From Antedon mediterranea (lineage: Eukaryota > Animalia > Echinodermata), in the NCBI RefSeq assembly GCF_964355755.1, contig NC_092678.1, forward strand, positions 17,749,365 through 17,813,364: a DNA stretch of 64,000 nt, given 5' to 3'. This document shows positions 42,513 through 56,470 of this stretch, in pieces. Position 1 is the stretch's first letter. Each line of letters starts with the position of its first letter. Below the pieces are notes generated by a model. It worked only from the letters and a program-made list of their open reading frames with translations, had not been told where the DNA came from and made no database searches. The translations under genes were made by a program, and so were the position numbers.

Positions 42513-43378
42513 CTTCAACAACAAAAAGAAACAAAAGTTAGTAATTAAACATTCACGAGCTGTTTTGAAGGATGTCGTCTTTGTTTTTGGACACAAAAGT
42601 AAATTAAAATATGTTGGCCGTATAGAATAGGTGTCTGTGGAAATTACTATATGGCCGATAACGTTACGAACGTTTGGTTATTACACAAATGAAAATGTAA
42701 ATAAAGTGCATGATCGAATAGTTTTAGGGTTCTAAGATGGAGAAATAGACATCAAACTCGTCTGCTGTCATTCGTCTGAAAGTCAATATAAACGGTCAGG
42801 CCGTTATTATAAATGAGAAAAAACGTAGTAAAAGTGTAGTATTATACTTAAACTTAATTTAAACTTTTCATAAAATGTCGATTGATGTTACGTATGAAGT
42901 GATATCCGGGAACATTGCGTCAAGTTTATCGAACAATTTGGGTACGAACTTTCAAAAACCGCTTTATCATGCCATTAAGTAATTGTTCATATAAAGAATC
43001 GATTTTCCTATATCAATGTAAACGATTCCATGTGGTTCATGTTCTAAAAAAACTGCTATTGTTAGCCCTGAAAAAAAAGAACCTATTATACTTTTACGGA
43101 CCATTTTCGCTGAACACGTCGAAGATGTTGGTACTTAGCATTAGTTAGTTTTAAGTTGGACAAAAGCAGTTTATTAACTTTAAAAGGAGCATCCCAACCA
43201 TTGCCTGGTCGGCGATCTTTTGACTAAACGTCCTAAATATATTTTTGAACAAACAAAGTTAAATCAAATCATCTGAACTCATATTATTAGTTAGTAAATT
43301 GAATTTTAGAAACATCTACACATATCATATATCTGTAAATCTGCAGCATATTTGAAGTATAAAATTATAAGAAAACAC

Positions 43379-43436
43379 AGTATTTGCAAAGATTTTTAAC
43401 CACATTTGCAGGCAATGATTTTCGTCGTATAAATAC
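43379..43436 (-). pseudogene. Internally deleted LRR pseudo-exon (family C paralog)
   Basis: Shares TAT TTA, tcattgcctgcaaatg and tctttgcaaatact, plus flanking intron, with 42441-42512. Only ~58 nt, with degraded donor. Confidence 0.7.
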
Positions 43437-44639
43437 CTTGTAAATGTTGTAAATAAACACAGGAGCTGTTTTGAAGGATGTCTTTGTTTTGGAAAAAATA
43501 GTTTCACTTGCGTATATGTCAATGATTAACATAGAGTGGTTGTAAAATAATAAGTGTCAGTGGAAAATAATAGATGCTGATGTTAACATGCTAATAAAAA
43601 AAAGAAGAGTAACATTACAAATGTAAGAGTTTAGCTTTATAATGTATTTGTAATAGGTAGTCTCTGTAGCAAGGGCAAATTCTCACCCGACTAAACATAG
43701 CTGAAATAATAGTTGATGTAGACCTAATCTGACCTACATGAATTTTAGAATTGAGAATAACCAAACGAATTAAGAACAATTTTTACAGAAAATTGATGGT
43801 ATAATGATGATTTATTTGCAGTTTAAGAAGTGACAGTATTTTCCCTTCTCTTATCTTATCTTATCTAGGTCTACTGCAGAATGTGAACGGAAACATCCGT
43901 ATACGTTTGACAAAAAGTATAAAAAATTACCTATAAAAAGATTGACCAGTTTATAATAATCTCATAGCGCCGTTACACACTCACATAATTATTATTTGTT
44001 TGTACAATAATGTAAGCAAATAGACTGGAAGATACTAAAGCATTTTTTAAAAACTATAACACAATACTACTGTTGTAAGGTCTATAACCCACAAGGGCTT
44101 TGATGTTACTGTAATGATCAATAACTGTACCATTAACATTGGTCAAATCAAGTAAACATGTTCCTACCAAGAATAACCTGTAATACAAAAATGTAAACAT
44201 AATAATACAATTTTAATATAAATTTTATTGACAAAAAGAGAGATAGACGTTTCATTACTATCATAGAAACATTTTCAAGATCAAGTGAATCCAAATCAAT
44301 AATAATTATTTGCACTAAGCACCAAAGTTGGTGACATGAAATGCTACTGAGGGATTGAAATTAAATATTAAACGTCTTTTAATTCATAATAATACAACTT
44401 AAAACTATCATTTTAATTATTTTGCAAAAAAACAAAAAAACACACATATTTTATGTTTTATCCGCTTTGATTAAGAATAAATTGAATAATGTGTTATTGT
44501 TCAGAGTCATACCACAAGGCTTCAATTAAAAAAATATACTTTAACGTACTAATGTTATAGGATCTAGTATGTCAACAAATTACACCAGGTATGTATGCAA
44601 TATTTTACTCCAGAAGATGTTAAAATACTCAAGAATAAA

Positions 44640-47260
44640 CTAGCTAAGTAACTGATGGGGGTGACAGTGTCGTATTAAAACGTCGTCAAAAAGTCGAGAA
44701 TAATATGACCGGTATCTTATCATTTCTTATTAACAATAATGTTGAATTAAAGAATTCTGACATTTCCTGCTGTGAACTTATCTAAAATTGCAACTGTTGA
44801 TATTGGGGCTGTAGATACTGCCTCGTTATATCGTGAGATAAACAAGATACCATTTGATTTGCAGCTTGTAAAAGGAGATGTTGAGCATGGTTTTACTGAA
44901 AGACAACACATCAAGATTAAGCTGAATGAGTGTTATTGAACAGTCAAAACTTCATTGAACTGCAATAATGCTAGCAACGCCAAGTATTTTCCTAATGCTG
45001 TTTAAGTGATGCTTCTCGTCAAGGTACGTATAAGCAAAAGCCACAAAAAAGCAGACACATGCCTTCCTTGGAATTATGTCCGTTGATACCACCGTGGATG
45101 GAAATCAATGCAAAAGTGAGTGCTTTGACTGTTAAAAGTGATGAATATGCTCCTTTATTGTTGAGCTGTGATGCTAAATATAAAGAGAATATATACTTGG
45201 TCCGTCACTCTGGCCTGCTAATGCCATCATTCGTAAATATTATGAGCCTAGAATTGGTTTGAAAGATAATCAATATGACTCCAGCTTTAACCATACTGGT
45301 TAGTCATGGCTGTTCATCAAACTTGTGATGTCCGAGTAGTTTCATATAACTGTAAGAAATTAAAGTCTAAACAGAAGAAGATTATTGACTTATGCGAGAC
45401 GTATGATGTTATTTGTTTGCAAGAAACATGGCTATGTTATGATGAGCTTCACCTCTTGGAAACGCTGTATATTGATTTTGACTGTTATGGCACGTCGTCT
45501 ATTGATACCTCCGCATCTCTGGAAGTGTAGCTACATTGTTTAGAAAGAGTTTATATAGTTCTGGTAGGCTGTGAGAATCGGGGTTCACGTCTGACACGTT
45601 TACCTTCTATAGCACATAACACAACCAGTCGGTTGGACCATTTAGTTTCCACTCAGAGTTCTCATTCTAGTTTAAGTAATTGTAATTGTAGTTTTGCGTC
45701 AGGTAGTTGAGTGATTAGATGTTTTGCCCTACTAAGTAAAATTGAGAATATTTGCGAAAACATTCGCAAGTAGTTCTCGGGTGAGACTCGAACCCACGAC
45801 CTCCAGATCACTAGCCTGGCGTTCATACCTCTAGACCACCGAGCTTGCGCTGATGGCCAGTGGTTAGATTCGAGCTCAAGTAAGCAGCGGGTACTGCACC
45901 AACAGGATTGTAATTGTAGTTTTAGCTATTGTAATTTTAGCTATATGATTTCATAGGGTCTGATCATTTCTCTATTGCATTTTGTATTAATGATGTTTTA
46001 TGGGATAAGCCTATAACCCATGATTCAAGATAACGACAGACATAACATTGCAACTATTGTTAACTGCAAGTCCGTTAGTAAACAGGATATTGATAAGTAC
46101 ACTTATACCACATGTATTACTTAATAGTCTTTTAATTAAGTCCTAAGCTTTCAATTGCCATAGTTTCTTTCTGGACGCACCAAAAGCGTTCGATCGAGTC
46201 AAATCTTATTTAAAGTTTTAGTTGAAAGAGGTGTGCCTATCTTTGTAGTTAGGAGCTTACGACACTGGTTTGATAATCAAGAATTTGTTGTTAAATGGGG
46301 ACATTGTGTCCCTTCACTTTTTTTCTGTTATTAACGGTGTGCGCCAAGGGGGTGTAATGTCTCCACTGCTTTACAATGTAGCCTATTATATTGACGATCT
46401 TTATGTACAACTTAGAGAGTCCAATCATGGGTGTACTATTGGTGATAACAAAGTTAATTGTCTCAGTTACGCTGATGACATGCTTCTCATGGCTTCTTTT
46501 TCTATTGGAGTACTGAATCTCATTAATGTTTTTGAACTTTATGCTACGAATCGAGATATTGTGTACGGTACTATACAATCCAAGTGTATGTTTTTATGTG
46601 CTCGTGTACGTAAGTTACAAGGTTGACCTAGTGTTAAGCTAAAACACACTGACCTTGAATTTGTTGACTGTATAACATACTTGGGTCATGTGATTTGTAA
46701 CTCTCTGAATGATGATAATGATAATATTAAGAAACAGTATCGAGCTCTGTGTATCAAAGCTAATGCATTATTCAGGACATTCTACAAATGTTCCGTTGAA
46801 GTTAAATGTCAGTTATTTAAAATGTTTTGCGTTAATGTAGGCCAATACTGTATGACTCTATGGAGTAAATTCCGTGAAGGTACTGTAAACTAATTTAGAG
46901 TTTTCTTTAATAACGGGTTGCGTAAGCTACTGAAAATTCTTAGTTATATCATGATGTTTTTTAACGAATAACGTTCCCTCATTCTATAATTTGATGGAAC
47001 GCTATACATTATAGTTTTAAGAGCATAATTCATGACAGTTGCAATAGCCTGATTCAAACCATAGTTAACGTCCTAGCACAATCCAACCTACTGTACAGTA
47101 CATCAGCGTTGGTACAAATTGGTATTTTTTAGGATATTGTAAGTTGATTTGTGGAAGTTGCTTATTTAATTTCCTGGTTAAATTGTTTCTATTTTTGTTT
47201 TTTGTATGAATTGTAATGGATGTACTATCCGAAATAAAGAAAATGAATGAATGAATGAAT
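44640..47260 (+). mobile_element. Degenerate, internally deleted LINE (RTEX-like; clade uncertain)
   Basis: APE start (VSYNC..ICLQETWL), RT (GVRQGGVMSPLL, YADD), C-terminus and (TGAA)n tail. 5' limit approximate. Confidence 0.75.
45773..45846 (-). mobile_element. tRNA-like Pol III head (SINE-like; copy at 57604-57677)
   Basis: gctcggTGGTCTAGAGGtatg...GGTTCGAGTCtcacccgag: A and B boxes at tRNA spacing. Confidence 0.6.
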
Positions 47261-47425
47261 AGTGTACCGTCATTTTAAAAGTGATATTATTGGCTTAATA
47301 CAACGTCATGGTATTTAGAAACAGTTAAACCAACCCTTAAATGCATAATTTCACAATTAACCAGATTTACTTACAATTGTAAAGCTTGTTGTTACAAGTA
47401 AGGAAAAATGAGAATAAACACTTAC

Positions 47426-47497
47426 AGTGTAACCAATGACGTCAAACCAACAAATTCATTTCCAGATAATGTAGTAATGTCGTTATAGCTTAAATCC
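47426..47497 (-). CDS. 72-nt LRR exon (family B), copy of 35595-35666
   Basis: Identical at offset +11831, with AG and GTAAGT sites. Confidence 0.85.
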
Positions 47498-49157
47498 CTT
47501 CAAAATAAAAACATGAATACTTGGTAAAATAACAGTTCACGAGTTGAGGTTTCCTTCTTCGGGGAAAAATTGTTACAGTTTGGTGTGTATTTCAGCGGAC
47601 AAAATTGTGACCGTAAAATAATTTATCTGCATTGTACTGTTAGTGTGTATTACGTGTCAGTGAAAATTAAAGATGGTCGACAATGGTGCAAACATTAAAA
47701 TATTAAAATTAAAATACAAAGTTTATCAATTGAGTACGTAGAACTAAAGATCCGAAGCCTAGTTGGTTGGAACTTGTTCCGCCAGAGATGGTTCCTGATC
47801 AAGTTAAAACTATCAAACACGTCACAGGAAGCGTGGACAAATGTGGAAAACGCGTCAAACGTCGAAGGAAAAAATTCAAACCTCCATCCATCTGTTATTT
47901 TTGGTAATGCGCACTCACTCAAAACAAGTGAAATGGCTGCAAATGTATTCGAATACAGGGACAGTTGCCTTATGGCGATCACTGAAACTTGGCTAATTTA
48001 ATCTTTTCGGATCATGGATCAAAAACTTGTTCTTGTTATCTGGAAATATTAACATTAAACAGTACCAACGGAAATTACGATAATAAAGTATCTATTTTAT
48101 TAATTTCGAAATACAAAGAAAAAATAACAACAAAATATCTATATTGTGCCAACAGAGGCCAAAAAGACTTATGTCCAATTAGGCGTGTCACTCTGACAGT
48201 GAAACAATTACAAGGTATAATTGATATAATACTAATTTAATGTTACTTTATCTCGTATTATCATTATTTGCATGTTTTAGCTGTTTTTCATTAACTGTAT
48301 TTGCATCATTATAACAATGTTTTATCTAGATTGACTGTAATCATGTTGTACTTTCCATATCATATGATTTCTAGATGTAGATCAATATCTACGATACAAT
48401 ACAACCGTTAAATGACGATGATCCATGTATTCTGCTATATTTTTATTTTTCATTATGGCCGCCGATGGTGCTACAGTAACTGAATTAAAGAGTCTTGTTC
48501 GCAAACAATACCAAAATAGAAAAACTCAAAAAGAGTATAAGAAAGATTACGTTTGGACGTATCACACATGAAACAGACAAGTATTCCGTAGAAGTATTAA
48601 TTCCTAAAATAAAATAATTGTTTTTATGAGGCATAGAGTTAAACTGACGTTTTCATGAGAAGAAAATATATAATATTTGTTCTACGTGCACAATAAGCTT
48701 ATTACAACACTATTGCAGATTATACGTACGGTGAATCGATGACGAGTCGGAGACGAACCGAACGGATCATCCAGGATTTCTGAAAAATCTGGCCAAGTGC
48801 GCCCACTTTGCGCAGCATTGTACGAAGGCGTGTGTATATTTGTTTTCGTATCTAATTTTGGCTTTCAAAAATTGTAGCGCAAAGCAATCGCTACTCCTGG
48901 ATCCGCCCGCCGGAATATTTTGACATAAAATGATAGAGGTTCAGACGTTCTGTGGTACATTTAAATTGTATTATTTGTATGTTCCCTTTAAACTTCATCT
49001 TAATTTCAAATATAATAATATCAATAAAGTAATACTGTTTACTTAGAAGTGTGTCAGTTATCCAGCACTGAAGAAAACAAACTCAGAAAAAATTTAAACA
49101 CATGTGACCACGTTATTTGAACATTTTAAAGCTAAGTGAGTTAATTAATGAGATGTA

Positions 49158-52100
49158 AATAATAATAATAATAAATGAAAACTTAAAAAGCGCCGGTATC
49201 CTCCACCCATGTGGCGCTCATGGCACTTTGTGCATTAACAACGTGCGAGAACATCAGCGAATAGCGACGTCTTTAGGTTGGTCTTGAAACTGTTTAGACT
49301 AGTTGAGCATTTAACTGTTGCTGGTAAGCTGTTCCATACACTTGCGGCCGCAACGTAAAAAGATCTCTGACCCCACTGAATTTTCGCTCTACGCTCTTGA
49401 AGAAGGTTTTGTGACAATGATCGTAGGCATCTGCGGGATGATTCGTAACGATCCACAAGGTCAGATAAATAAGCAGGAGCACTGTCATTTAGGATCTTGA
49501 ATACAAACAACGCAAGTTTGTACTTAATACGTTGTTGAACAGGCAACCAATGCAAATCCATCAGGACAGGAGTTATGTGAGCGTTTGATTTTGTATAAGT
49601 TACAATTCTAGCTGCCATATTTTGCAAGCGCTGCAAACGTTGTATTTGAGATTTTGGTATGCCAAACAACAAGGCATTACCAATGTCAATTTTAGAAGTG
49701 ACAAATGAGTGTACAATCAATTCAGCTGTTTTCTTGTTAAGATTACCGCGAATACGACCAAGGTTCCTAATCGATATGCATGCTGCTTTGGATACAGTTG
49801 TTATTTGTGCTTCCATAGTGAGATTACTATCCAGCATGATTCCCAGATTCCAGACCACCGATGAGGGAGCGATGTTAGAGTGTCCGATTCTGATATGTGT
49901 GATGTTGATTTTGGAGATGTTACATTTAGACCCGACGATAATAAACTCTGTCTTTCCATCATTCAACTTTAGGTAATTTGATGTCATCCAATTGCGAACA
50001 TCTTCTATAAACAGGCTTCCATCTTACTGATTGCTGCAGCAACATCCCTTTGCACTGGATTTACTGACACATAAATCTGTGTATCATCTGCATAGAAATG
50101 GAAATGTAGACTGTGTTTGCGAATAATGTCACCAAGGGGAAGCGTATAAATGGAAAACTGGCCAGGCCCAATTACTGACCCCTGTGGTACACCATATTCC
50201 AGGCAAGCTTCATCTGAGAATGCATCATTGATACAGACTAGCTGACGTCTTCCTGTAAGATATGACTGGAACCAGTTAAGAGCAACACCATTTATGCCAA
50301 TGCGATTTCTCAGACGGGTTATCAGTCTTTGGTGATCAACTGTATCAAACGCTGCTGACAAATCCAACAACACCAATAGCGTTATTTTCCCATCATTCAT
50401 TCCTTGTAACAAATCATTCTGTACCTTTAAAAGGGAACTCTCCGTGCTATGACATGCACGGTATGCCGACTGGTAATTCTCATTTAAATTATGCTTTTGA
50501 AGATATGGAGTAATGCGTGATGTCACTACACGCTCCAGAGTCTTTCCAAGAAAAGAAAGATTCGACACCGGGCGGTAATTTCTCAGCGTGTTATGATCCA
50601 AGTTTTGCTTTTTTATTAAAGGACGAACGTGAGCAATTTTCAGTTCATCTGGCACTATGCCGGTATTAAGAGAATGGTTAATGATTTCCGTTATTATTGG
50701 AACGACTGCGTCTATACACTTCTTCAGTATAGAAGTAGGAACTGGATCTAACCTGCATGATTTTGTTGGTGATTTCATCAGAATGTTGCGGATCTCATCT
50801 TGAGATGCTGGTGTAAATGTTGTGAGATGCTGATGAACAGCTGTCACAGGCTCATTAAATGACATGTCATCAATCTTGAAGTCGTCTCTGATGATCTTGA
50901 TCTTGTCTGTGAAAAACTGACAGAACCTGTTCGCAAGATCTAAGTCAGAAAGACTATCTGAGAGAGGTGATACCTGGCGATGATGAAGGAGTTGGTTAAC
51001 AATTTTAAAAAGTCCTTTCTGATCTGCTGCATGTTCTTCACACAAGCCAATGTAGTAGTTGGCCTTTGCCTTTCTTACCATGGAATTTACATTCCTCTTC
51101 TGTGCAATGTAAGCTTGACGATCTATTTCCAGATGAGAGATTCTCCATTTCTTTTCAAGCTTACGCTTTGTTCTTTTCTCAGCATAGATGTTACTGTTAT
51201 ACCAACTAGTGTTTGGTCGGATCTTTACTGTTCTCTTTTTCGGTGGTGCGTGTTTGTCAAGAAGTTCACTCAAAGTGGTGACATATAGTCGTACTTTACT
51301 TGATAAATCAAGATTTGAGAGCGAAGTTCCGAGATCAGACTGTGTGATATCTTTACATAATGTCTCAAAATTTATAGCATTCCAATGACGAGTTTCGATG
51401 GATTTAGTGATTACGGGTGGCTTCTTGATAAGGAGATTACATGTGATTGCATAGTGATCTGATATACCATCAATGACATTAAGGTTTGAGAAAACAGGAG
51501 GATCAGATGAACGAGTGATCAGCAAGTCTAATGTATGACCATGTCGGTGTGTAGGTGTAGACACATGCTGTTGAAGACTGCTTGCTACAAGTAGATTCCG
51601 AAAATGAATTGCATCTGCATCATTTGGCATATCCACATGGATGTTAAAGTCTCCAACGAATAGTATGGGAGCCGGCTTCAATACATAGTGATCGACCAAA
51701 GTTGAGAATTCTTCAGTGAAAACATTTAGACTGCAACCCGTTGATTTGCTTTGAGAACGATATACTGCTACGAGGAAAACTGAGGATGCATTGCTGACTA
51801 TTTCCACATTTAGCAGTTCAAATGATTTTGGTAATAATCCCGTGTCATAACATTTAACCGCTATGCTTTCCTTGTAAAGAAGTGCAACTCCACCACCTCT
51901 TTTAGTACCAGCACGGGGAGCATGTTTGAGAGAGTATCCGTTGGGTGTAATATTTCCTATAACTGATGTGTCTTCTGGTTTAAGCCACGTTTCCGAAAGG
52001 GCAACAACATCCAGATTATGTTCGATAACGAAATCCACAAATTCTGTTGTTTTGTTCCGAACGGATCTTCTATTAATACTGCAAAATTTAATATTGTTTT

Positions 52101-52971
52101 TAGATAAGAGAGAGTTTGATGATAAGTCCGGAAATGATAGATTGTTTTTAGTGTGTTTGTCACGCCCAGCTCTTGTACCACGCCTGGTTTTTCTTTTTGG
52201 CCTCCTTGGTAATAGGTGACTACTACAGCTACTGGAGTTCAACTTAAAAGATTGTATAATTAAGCAAGATTCTTCAGGAAGTTCACAACTGTTATTGTTG
52301 TTGGTTACACAGCCCTGTAAACCATGAAGAAACTCAGAGCTATAGCTAATTAGCATGACAACAGCAGATCTTCAAGCATGAGGTGTACAAGGTCATTTAC
52401 ATAACAATATGCACAGTCAGATTGAAAGTACAGGGCTAGCTTCCCACTGATGCTAGTAGACCATTGTTCTTGAGCAGTGATGAGTTTGAATTAAAACAAT
52501 AAAGGCACAAGCAGGGCCTAGCTGAACTTCAGGAAACAACAAGAAAAACAACTGCGATTTACTCCAAGATACGATTATTTCCACATAAGAAATTTGTGAA
52601 TATATGGTGCTCAATTTGCTATTCCAGCATCCAGTAAAACTTATTTGATGAAAAAAACCATCTGCAAACAGATACGAAGTTGTTATGCACAGAGCAATAT
52701 AGAGCCGCCACATGGGCGCTGCAACCTCCTCTAGTAAAGCACATTGAAGGCCAGTAACGTCGCTAATAGTTCCACTGGAAATACGCCTTTTCACGATATG
52801 GAAGACATCTTCTTCGATGGATGACAAAATAATAATATGAGCAAAGCGTAGCCAATGGTTCTGTCCACAACAGATTGTGGACAAGCCCATAATAACGACC
52901 ATATTAATGTCAAAGGCAAAGTTACTAAAACATTCATAACTGATTAACGGCGGACAGTCAAAATGAAATTC
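49158..52971 (-). mobile_element. L2 LINE, second copy produced by the tandem duplication
   Basis: Identical ORFs 50005..52356 and 49235..49987, with the same frameshift and flanks. Confidence 0.92.
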
Positions 52972-54271
52972 CAAAAATGTTAGTCACCTTAAGCATACTA
53001 TTTTGTCCCCTCCGAAGAAATGTATATTCAGTGGTTAGTTTGATTATTCTACATGTTGACTTACATAATAAAACCATCGAAACATGTTAATCTAAACTTT
53101 CACAAATGTGTGCTTATAATCATCTCGTTCGGTTTTATCAAAGAAATACTGTCAACATTCTAACAAATCTCGCCCTTTCTCCAAGTATTATTCAATGTTA
53201 ATTTAATTTAACAAAAAAAATTGATTAAACATGTAGATTATTTATTATTTAAAAAGGCAACCAGTGAACGTTACTGGTGAGAGAACCACTAAAACCGTGG
53301 CGTGTCTCGACATCCAGTCCATGGTGTTTAAAGTTAGAATACACTGCTCCAGGAAGACGCTACCTTAATCCACGTTAGGGCAAATGAGCACTGTCTGTAA
53401 GACTCTGTTATGCAGAAATGTATATCAAATGAAAACGAAAAGGAAAGTCTGGAGTTGTGACTAACCATCTATTTCAGCCAAACAAAAAATGGAACATACT
53501 CTATCGACAAAATAGGGACCAAATCAGAACCCATCAAGATCATATGTATAACTCGACTGCTGATAAATGACGAACGTAAGCTATTTACACGCTACCACTG
53601 TAAGGAGCTCGAAAGCAGAGATGAATAGATGAATGGATGATAAAATTAATAACTTGCACTACTATATCCTAATTGATAATGAAATAAACATGAACTATAT
53701 TAATGACATTACAATTGTTAACTGAACTGAAGTACATGATGAACAACCACTATTTAGTTTTATAATGAACTTCTGTAATATGAACAAATTGAAACTACTT
53801 AATTTGTATTTTTACATTACTTTATTGTCAAAAACCAACGTAATAAAATATTAGAATATAGGCCTACAGCACCGGATATTTATGATAACGTGATCTAATG
53901 ATTATTTGAATAGACACCACACCTAGGAAATTGAATACAACAATTCTGTAGTCAAAATTAAACTGGTTTCTTGTGATAGCGTCAACAAGCATTATTGACA
54001 TGAGTAGTGTACTCCATATTATTGGTATGATGTACTGTAAGTCCCTCCGGATATATTTAAAGTTACTGGACTTATTATTAATAGTTTTTCGTTAGTAAAT
54101 TGACACTTTATACTGCCTTAGTAGGTTCCGATGAACCTTAGAATCAGGAAAAACTTCAAATATCATATCTTATATTATGTCTAATTTCATAATTAACATG
54201 ATTGCCTTGCAATGTAAATCAGCATTCTTTACATTTTTTGGATGCATACAATTATAAGAAGAAATACTTAC

Positions 54272-54343
54272 AGTATTTGCAAAGATGTTAAACCACCAAA
54301 TACATTTGCAGGCAATGATTGTAAGTGGTTTTCGTTTAAATAT
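54272..54343 (-). CDS. 72-nt LRR exon (family C), copy of 42441-42512
   Basis: Identical at offset +11831, with AG and GTAAGT sites. Confidence 0.86.
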
Positions 54344-55209
54344 CTTCAACAACAAAAAGAAACAAAAGTTAGTAATTAAACATTCACGAGCTGTTTTGAA
54401 GGATGTCGTCTTTGTTTTTGGACACAAAAGTAAATTAAAATATGTTGGCCGTATAGAATAGGTGTCTGTGGAAATTACTATATGGCCGATAACGTTACGA
54501 ACGTTTGGTTATTACACAAATGAAAATGTAAATAAAGTGCATGATCGAATAGTTTTAGGGTTCTAAGATGGAGAAATAGACATCAAACTCGTCTGCTGTC
54601 ATTCGTCTGAAAGTCAATATAAACGGTCAGGCCGTTATTATAAATGAGAAAAAACGTAGTAAAAGTGTAGTATTATACTTAAACTTAATTTAAACTTTTC
54701 ATAAAATGTCGATTGATGTTACGTATGAAGTGATATCCGGGAACATTGCGTCAAGTTTATCGAACAATTTGGGTACGAACTTTCAAAAACCGCTTTATCA
54801 TGCCATTAAGTAATTGTTCATATAAAGAATCGATTTTCCTATATCAATGTAAACGATTCCATGTGGTTCATGTTCTAAAAAAACTGCTATTGTTAGCCCT
54901 GAAAAAAAAGAACCTATTATACTTTTACGGACCATTTTCGCTGAACACGTCGAAGATGTTGGTACTTAGCATTAGTTAGTTTTAAGTTGGACAAAAGCAG
55001 TTTATTAACTTTAAAAGGAGCATCCCAACCATTGCCTGGTCGGCGATCTTTTGACTAAACGTCCTAAATATATTTTTGAACAAACAAAGTTAAATCAAAT
55101 CATCTGAACTCATATTATTAGTTAGTAAATTGAATTTTAGAAACATCTACACATATCATATATCTGTAAATCTGCAGCATATTTGAAGTATAAAATTATA
55201 AGAAAACAC

Positions 55210-55267
55210 AGTATTTGCAAAGATTTTTAACCACATTTGCAGGCAATGATTTTCGTCGTATAAATAC
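55210..55267 (-). pseudogene. Internally deleted LRR pseudo-exon, copy of 43379-43436
   Basis: Identical at offset +11831. Confidence 0.68.
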
Positions 55268-56470
55268 CTTGTAAATGTTGTAAATAAACACAGGAGCTGT
55301 TTTGAAGGATGTCTTTGTTTTGGAAAAAATAGTTTCACTTGCGTATATGTCAATGATTAACATAGAGTGGTTGTAAAATAATAAGTGTCAGTGGAAAATA
55401 ATAGATGCTGATGTTAACATGCTAATAAAAAAAAGAAGAGTAACATTACAAATGTAAGAGTTTAGCTTTATAATGTATTTGTAATAGGTAGTCTCTGTAG
55501 CAAGGGCAAATTCTCACCCGACTAAACATAGCTGAAATAATAGTTGATGTAGACCTAATCTGACCTACATGAATTTTAGAATTGAGAATAACCAAACGAA
55601 TTAAGAACAATTTTTACAGAAAATTGATGGTATAATGATGATTTATTTGCAGTTTAAGAAGTGACAGTATTTTCCCTTCTCTTATCTTATCTTATCTAGG
55701 TCTACTGCAGAATGTGAACGGAAACATCCGTATACGTTTGACAAAAAGTATAAAAAATTACCTATAAAAAGATTGACCAGTTTATAATAATCTCATAGCG
55801 CCGTTACACACTCACATAATTATTATTTGTTTGTACAATAATGTAAGCAAATAGACTGGAAGATACTAAAGCATTTTTTAAAAACTATAACACAATACTA
55901 CTGTTGTAAGGTCTATAACCCACAAGGGCTTTGATGTTACTGTAATGATCAATAACTGTACCATTAACATTGGTCAAATCAAGTAAACATGTTCCTACCA
56001 AGAATAACCTGTAATACAAAAATGTAAACATAATAATACAATTTTAATATAAATTTTATTGACAAAAAGAGAGATAGACGTTTCATTACTATCATAGAAA
56101 CATTTTCAAGATCAAGTGAATCCAAATCAATAATAATTATTTGCACTAAGCACCAAAGTTGGTGACATGAAATGCTACTGAGGGATTGAAATTAAATATT
56201 AAACGTCTTTTAATTCATAATAATACAACTTAAAACTATCATTTTAATTATTTTGCAAAAAAACAAAAAAACACACATATTTTATGTTTTATCCGCTTTG
56301 ATTAAGAATAAATTGAATAATGTGTTATTGTTCAGAGTCATACCACAAGGCTTCAATTAAAAAAATATACTTTAACGTACTAATGTTATAGGATCTAGTA
56401 TGTCAACAAATTACACCAGGTATGTATGCAATATTTTACTCCAGAAGATGTTAAAATACTCAAGAATAAA

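Noticed and set aside
44093-44177. Possible non-LRR or degenerate exon (ttacag|GTTATTC...GCCCTT|gtgggt)
   Set aside because: About 85 nt, breaks phase symmetry, weak donor and no clear motif.
45773-45846. Functional tRNA gene
   Set aside because: Acceptor stem pairing is poor and it lies within a repeat insertion; treated as SINE-like.
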